Source: an uncultured Candidatus Babeliaceae bacterium (GTDB lineage Bacteria; Babelota; Babeliae; Babelales; Babelaceae). From it: a stretch of 64,000 nucleotides of DNA. Below the pieces are notes generated by a model, which worked only from the letters and a program-made list of their open reading frames with translations, was not told the DNA's origin and did no database searches. Shown in pieces: positions 58,879 to 64,000 of the stretch (position 1 is the stretch's first letter; each line of letters begins with the position of its first letter). The stretch is from assembly GCA_963704655.1 (NCBI GenBank), contig OY969927.1, forward strand, positions 448,001 through 512,000. Direction: 5' to 3'. The translations under genes and the position numbers were made by a program.

Positions 58879-59649
58879 TTACACGGCATGTGTAGAAGCT
58901 TCTTCAAGATTCTGTACTTGCAATTCAATATAATTTTTAATGGCAAGATCACTACAAGAAGGCCAACATGTTTTTTTATTTAAATCTTCTGCAACTGCTT
59001 GAAGATCTTCTTTTGACAAATGCTCTATTGCAAAATAAGTGGCATCATTTTTAAATTTACCCTTTTTTGTTAGATTCACTGCGACACCATACAGATCTAA
59101 AAGTCGACCGCCAATAGCAAATGTCCCAGCAACCCCAAAGCCCAACAACCCAATTCCTGCTTTAAAACTATTTTTACGATGCTCGTCATCATAGGTAAAG
59201 GCACCATCAATAAGATACCCTGCACCAACCACAGCAGTAATAGCACATGCTCCAAGCAAAGCCCATCCAATCTTTTTTTGCGTCGGGCGCACAAGGCGCG
59301 GCTTGGTGGTAACCCAAGTAAATGGCTCATCTTTTTTAATTTCTCTGCCAAATGCTTTTGCTATATCATACCTAATTAATGCGGTTAAACCATTCTGATC
59401 AACATCATCATTTAATTTAGAAGAAACAAATATTTTCCTATTTTCTAAATCAACCACAGGGTTTGAAACAGATTCATCAAGCTCAATAGCAAAATCTTCA
59501 TCATAATTTAGCTTTCTAACAACTTCTTGTTGAATCGCATTCCAGCGTGCAGATGCGCTATTCAAAGTGGTTAAAGGTATATTTTCGCTTGCTTGTAATG
59601 ACACAAAAGTCAAAAATGTTAGCATAAAAATCTGTTTTTTCATAATCAT
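58879..59649 (-). CDS. Exported two-TM protein, paralog family
   Basis: Likely start 59649; similar to 60517-61371. Confidence 0.7.
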   Translation of the reverse strand: MIMKKQIFMLTFLTFVSLQASENIPLTTLNSASARWNAIQQEVVRKLNYDEDFAIELDESVSNPVVDLENRKIFVSSKLNDDVDQNGLTALIRYDIAKAFGREIKKDEPFTWVTTKPRLVRPTQKKIGWALLGACAITAVVGAGYLIDGAFTYDDEHRKNSFKAGIGLLGFGVAGTFAIGGRLLDLYGVAVNLTKKGKFKNDATYFAIEHLSKEDLQAVAEDLNKKTCWPSCSDLAIKNYIELQVQNLEEASTHAV

Positions 59650-59674
59650 CGTAATCCTTGTTTTTTTAAAATGG

Positions 59675-60448
59675 TTAGCCATGTTGCAATTTAAGAATAA
59701 CTTCATCAGAGTATCTGTCACAAAGCACAGGAATAGCTTCGCCTAAAGTCTTTATATCATCGGCAGTAAGATGTTTACACGCATCAAAAGCACATTCTAT
59801 CTGCTCACGTTCTCCTGAAGAGCGGTACCAACGCATGCCATAACTCTTTGCGAACTTTGAAAGGCCATCAAAAAGAAGCATACCCGAGGCGCAACTAAAA
59901 AATAAGGGTATCCAACCGGTATTAATCTGATCAGTACTTTCATCATTCTTATTGGGGTCAGGCATATATTGCTGAGCAACTGCAAGTGACAATAGCCCAC
60001 CAGATACAAGCAGTCTGAGCATTGCCAGTATCTTGTTACTCTTGCTTGATACTTCTGGGTGCCAGCCACAGGGCCAAAAACAACTAGAACGACTAGAATA
60101 GGTAGCCCTAAAATAAGCTCTTGCAAGATTAAATTTTTCAAAGGGGTCTAATTGCTCTGTACGACCAACTTGATGCATATAGTCATTAAACCACGGCGCA
60201 ACATGAAGATTAAACGTTTGCGCACCCCTATCTAATGTGATTGTTAAGGGCGCCACACTATAATTTTCTGACCTGAGTACTTCAATGGCTCCAAAATTAA
60301 AGTTGTTGCCATCGATTTGATTAATAAATGTTTGTATATTCCCCGTGCGTGATCCCCCATGCAAGATATCCATCTGAACTGTATTTTCACCAGCACCGAG
60401 CCTACAAACAAAGAGAGTAATAAAAAGTACCTGTAATGCATGCTTCAT
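59675..60448 (-). CDS. Exported two-TM protein, paralog family
   Basis: Signal peptide plus TM hairpin; KF.L.(R/K)A(Y/F) and KH(L/M)...D motifs shared. Confidence 0.65.
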   Translation of the reverse strand: MKHALQVLFITLFVCRLGAGENTVQMDILHGGSRTGNIQTFINQIDGNNFNFGAIEVLRSENYSVAPLTITLDRGAQTFNLHVAPWFNDYMHQVGRTEQLDPFEKFNLARAYFRATYSSRSSCFWPCGWHPEVSSKSNKILAMLRLLVSGGLLSLAVAQQYMPDPNKNDESTDQINTGWIPLFFSCASGMLLFDGLSKFAKSYGMRWYRSSGEREQIECAFDACKHLTADDIKTLGEAIPVLCDRYSDEVILKLQHG

Positions 60449-60516
60449 AACAACACCTGCTCCGAGTAAAATTTCAGGAACATACTAGCATAAAGCGCAT
60501 TAACTTTCCAGGAAGG

Positions 60517-61371
60517 CTATACCTCATCTGCAGCAAGCTGCTCAAACTCTTTTACTTGAGCCTCAATTAATCTTTTAGGTAACCAATCTCTAAAGAGTGA
60601 GCATTTTTTTCTTCGAAGCTTGTTATGAAGAACTTGCAAATCATGCAATGGCATGTGTTTGACAGCCCATTCAAGCGCATCATCATTACGCTTGCTTTCT
60701 CTGCTGAGATAAAATGATTCTCCATCACTTTCATAAATACCATAAACTACTGAAATTACAGCCAGATTCATTAACGTTAAGCCTATAGTGCCCTGAATGA
60801 AACTTGACGAGCATTCGTCATTTATAGCCTCGCAATCGTAAATGATTAAATCAGTAAGTGCAGAAACAGTCAAGCACGCGCCTGAAATAAGTGGTATCAG
60901 ACAAGCGTAACTTAACATGTCTTTTTCACGAGCAGTATAGGGCCTTGGCCTTTTTACCCAATATGCAAATGGTGCATCTTTTTCGTGAGCATAGCCAAAT
61001 GCTTTATAGAGCTCAAATTTATTCTCGGCATTGATGCCGTGTGTATCTACCGATTTATTGAATAGTGGAGGAATTTTTAATGAATGCTCGCTCAAATCAA
61101 CCTGCGGCTTTGTGATAGTATCATCAAATATTATGCGATACCCATTACTCTCATTAAGATCTTGCCGAATTATCGCATTCAGATTGCTCCAATTTTGCGA
61201 TGCGTTATACAAAGATTCGGATGGTTGACCATAAGAACGCTGAATAGTGCCTTGGCGTAATAAAGCGCGTCGTTCAGAAGCAACATTATCCATACGCTGA
61301 TCAATACCATGAATTGCATAAAATGACACAAAACTTAACATGCTCACTATAAAAATCTGTTTATTCATCAT
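60517..61371 (-). CDS. Exported two-TM protein, paralog family
   Basis: KQIF..FVS signal; P.VDL, KAFG...KD.PF.W..KPR-like motifs shared with 58879-59649. Confidence 0.7.
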   Translation of the reverse strand: MMNKQIFIVSMLSFVSFYAIHGIDQRMDNVASERRALLRQGTIQRSYGQPSESLYNASQNWSNLNAIIRQDLNESNGYRIIFDDTITKPQVDLSEHSLKIPPLFNKSVDTHGINAENKFELYKAFGYAHEKDAPFAYWVKRPRPYTAREKDMLSYACLIPLISGACLTVSALTDLIIYDCEAINDECSSSFIQGTIGLTLMNLAVISVVYGIYESDGESFYLSRESKRNDDALEWAVKHMPLHDLQVLHNKLRRKKCSLFRDWLPKRLIEAQVKEFEQLAADEV

Positions 61372-61520
61372 CCTGAATCCCTAACTTTTCACAATAAAAA
61401 CCTGAAATAGACTAGCATAAAGCGCCATAACGATCTAGATTGAAAAAATTCTATCTTCAGGCTACTCTAAATGGTAAATAACTACTTTCAAAACTTTAGC
61501 ACTCTATAAGGACAATCGGC

Positions 61521-62240
61521 ATGTCAGGGCATTCCAAGTGGTCAACAATCAAGCATAAAAAAGCATTACTCGATGCAAAGCGTGGCAAAAAATTTACTAA
61601 ACTCATAAAAGAGATAACAGTTGCAGCTCGTTTAGGCGGCGGCGACGCAAGCGGGAACCCACGTTTACGTCTTTTGTTAGAAAAGGCAAAAGAGATCAAT
61701 ATGCCTCTTGATAACGCACAACGCGCTATCAAAAAAGGCACCGGCGAGCTTCCGGGCCAGGCATACGAAGCACAAACCTATGAAGGTTACGGCCCAGAAA
61801 ACGTCGCTATGATGATCGATGTTTTAACGGATAACAAAAATAAGGCAATTGCAGAATTGCGCCACGTCTTTTCACGCAATGGCGGCCGCATAGCAGATGC
61901 CGGTGCAGTTGGCTGGATGTTTCAACGCGTCGGTATTATATCCGGAACCGGTAAAACTACCGAAGATACACTTTTAGAAAATTTATTAGATTACGATGTT
62001 ATCGCTATTTCAGTTCAAGATGGCGACACGTTTGAAGTTATCTGTGAGCCAAAAGCACTTGAAGCTATTAAAGAGACACTTACCAAAAAACTCGGGCTAC
62101 ATGTCGAAGAGGCGGAACTTGGCTGGCATGCAGAAAATAAGACCACGTTAAACCAAGAACAGGCAGAACGTGTACTTGAGTTTCTCCAAGCAGTTGAAGA
62201 ATTAGACGATGTACAAAATGTTTACACCAATATGGAGTAA
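61521..62240 (+). CDS. yebC: YebC/PmpR family protein
   Basis: MSGHSKWSTIKHKK, YEGYGP, LDDVQNVYTN. Confidence 0.96.
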   Translation: MSGHSKWSTIKHKKALLDAKRGKKFTKLIKEITVAARLGGGDASGNPRLRLLLEKAKEINMPLDNAQRAIKKGTGELPGQAYEAQTYEGYGPENVAMMIDVLTDNKNKAIAELRHVFSRNGGRIADAGAVGWMFQRVGIISGTGKTTEDTLLENLLDYDVIAISVQDGDTFEVICEPKALEAIKETLTKKLGLHVEEAELGWHAENKTTLNQEQAERVLEFLQAVEELDDVQNVYTNME

Positions 62241-62243
62241 CTC

Positions 62244-63137
62244 ATGATAATGAGTATGACGGGGTTTGGGACCTCAACACTTTCGATTCCCGTTAAAGAC
62301 AATGTTTTGTATATGACATTGAGCCTTAAGACGCTTAACTCACGCTTTTTTGAAAGCACCTGTAAATTACCGTATGCATTAACTGAACTTGAAACAACGG
62401 TGCTGAAAGTCTTTAAAGCAAAACTTTTTCGTGGCACACTCTATTTTTCTGTGCATGTACATAACCCTTCGATACTTAAAGGTGGCGTTACCCCATCGCT
62501 AAATATGATCAAGCAGTACCTTACCGCTATCGAAACTATCAAAAAAGATACGCATATTGAAGGGACCATCTCACTACATGATTTAATCACCCTGCCAAAT
62601 ATCTTTGAAATTCCCGAAGAGATGCTCCCAAAAGATTCTATCGAATTACTTTTGCAAGAAGTAGATAAACTTATAGAACTTGTTATTGCTTCACGCCAAC
62701 AAGAGGGTCAGTCATTGCGTATCGACCTCGAACAGCGCGTACGTATCATGAGTGAATTGATAGCGCAGATTGAGCCACGTGCACAGCAGGTATTGTTTGA
62801 AAAGAAACAGACTATATCAACCGCGCTTGCAGCATTACCCTATCAAGAAGCAAGTGAAAATAAGGAGCAACACCTTTTAATGCTCTATGGTCAACTTGAT
62901 AAAATCGATATCCACGAAGAGATATTCAGATTTAAAACACACTTGGCTCACTTTGATAAAGTGCTTCATAATGCTGACCAAGAAAAGGGCAAAAAACTTG
63001 ATTTTATTTTGCAAGAGATGTTTCGTGAAATTAATACCATGAACGCCAAATGCAGTGATTCACAGATTAGCGAATATGCAATATCGCTTAAAGTTGAACT
63101 TGAAAAAGCCCGCGAACAAGTACAGAACATAGTTTAA
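62244..63137 (+). CDS. yicC: YicC/YloC family endoribonuclease
   Basis: SMTGFG, DIHEE..R, GKKLDFILQEMFREINT, EKAREQVQNI. Confidence 0.93.
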   Translation: MIMSMTGFGTSTLSIPVKDNVLYMTLSLKTLNSRFFESTCKLPYALTELETTVLKVFKAKLFRGTLYFSVHVHNPSILKGGVTPSLNMIKQYLTAIETIKKDTHIEGTISLHDLITLPNIFEIPEEMLPKDSIELLLQEVDKLIELVIASRQQEGQSLRIDLEQRVRIMSELIAQIEPRAQQVLFEKKQTISTALAALPYQEASENKEQHLLMLYGQLDKIDIHEEIFRFKTHLAHFDKVLHNADQEKGKKLDFILQEMFREINTMNAKCSDSQISEYAISLKVELEKAREQVQNIV

Positions 63138-63150
63138 GAAGTTTTGGGTC

Positions 63151-63182
63151 GTGTCACCCTGAACTAGATTCGGGGTCCATCT
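63151..63182. repeat. Solo REP-like palindrome, second subtype
   Basis: GTGTCACCCTGAACTAGATTCGGGGTCCATC. Confidence 0.65.
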
Positions 63183-63212
63183 ACTAAAATTTATCCTAAA
63201 GGGAATAACAAC

Positions 63213-63785
63213 ATGAATTATTTTAAAAAAATCTTTTTTCTCACCACCGCTTTTATTGCCGTTAATACTCAGGCAGAAACAAATCAATCAGAGAAGCCTA
63301 AGATTCAAAAAAAAGTTGATATACCAAAAATTATCGAAACAATTAAAGCTATACCTGAAGACAGAAGATACGAAGCTGAAAAGGCACTTTTGAATTTTTT
63401 AGATGATGGCATTCGCGTTGAAAGAAGGTATTACGGCAATTCTCTAAGAATAAGAATTTGTAATTATGGGCCCTTGGCGGAAAATTGCGATGCTGTACCT
63501 GAAGATTTAATGCGCCATGTGCTTGACAACATAGAACGCAATGATGGGCACGGCGTTGTTCAAGAGCTATACTTTAATTATACTCAAAAACCCAAAGACA
63601 GAGTTGATCGTGCTTTGGAAATTCTAGAGAAAAATAAAAATGTTGATTGCTCATCATGCAAACTTTTTAAAAATTTTCTTGAACATCAAAAAGCGCTTAT
63701 AGAACAACGAGATAAAGAAAAAACAATTGTAGAGTCTATACAAATATCCCAAAAGAGAGAAGAACTTAAAGAACTTTTAAAGTAA
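63213..63785 (+). CDS. Hypothetical secreted protein
   Basis: Signal peptide; 190 aa. Confidence 0.65.
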   Translation: MNYFKKIFFLTTAFIAVNTQAETNQSEKPKIQKKVDIPKIIETIKAIPEDRRYEAEKALLNFLDDGIRVERRYYGNSLRIRICNYGPLAENCDAVPEDLMRHVLDNIERNDGHGVVQELYFNYTQKPKDRVDRALEILEKNKNVDCSSCKLFKNFLEHQKALIEQRDKEKTIVESIQISQKREELKELLK

Positions 63786-63805
63786 TTTTTCTCACAAATT
63801 ATCTA

Positions 63806-63839
63806 AAAAAAAGGCACCGTAAATTGCGGTGCCTTTTTT
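63806..63839. terminator. Bidirectional terminator
   Basis: AAAAAGGCACCGTAA-a-TTGCGGTGCCTTTTT. Confidence 0.8.
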
Positions 63840-63856
63840 ATTAAAAATTAACAAAG

Positions 63857-64000
63857 TTATTTTTCTGTTCTCACATGATTATAAATCATATTAAAGCCGA
63901 TAAAGTGCAGTAACTGCGAATAAGCAAGTGCACATACCGACAATAGGCTGGCAGCATATAATGAACCAAAATAAAATTCTAATCCATAGGCAAGGCCATA
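63857..64000 (-). CDS. C-terminus of a probable membrane protein (truncated by window edge)
   Basis: Open frame YGLAYGLEFYFGSLYAASLLSVCALAYSQLLHFIGFNMIYNHVRTEK* ends at the terminator. Confidence 0.45.
   Translation of the reverse strand, partial: YGLAYGLEFYFGSLYAASLLSVCALAYSQLLHFIGFNMIYNHVRTEK

Overview
AT-rich bacterial chromosome segment. The many unclassifiable MKK-signal-peptide proteins and paralogous outer-membrane-like families suggest a host-associated lineage such as Ca. Dependentiae/Babelota (inference only). Core genes: acpP, degenerate fabD, gltX, rpmF, dprA, a multiply frameshifted gyrA, lepA, grpE, ssb, pgsA-like, mnmA, argS, lnt, mutS, uvrA, tRNA-His, tRNA-Pro, rodA, ruvB, an ABC-F ATPase, yebC and yicC. 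Three things stand out. (1) Three stand-alone ~100-aa GIY-YIG nuclease genes each sit inside inverted arms of a REP-like palindrome (core CCTGAGCTTGTCGAAGG). The repeat is nested within itself, varies with the nuclease subtype, and is dispersed solo across the window, including in frame inside dprA and behind both tRNAs. This is a candidate GIY-YIG analogue of the RAYT/REP system. (2) The 3' ends of grpE, dprA, rodA and an OMP gene are duplicated with mostly synonymous divergence, and at the three core genes the copies flank inserted accessory genes, suggesting recurrent cassette stacking. (3) A tandem array of four paralogous putative outer-membrane proteins, two of which carry Cys-every-fourth-residue (CNNS)n tracts.
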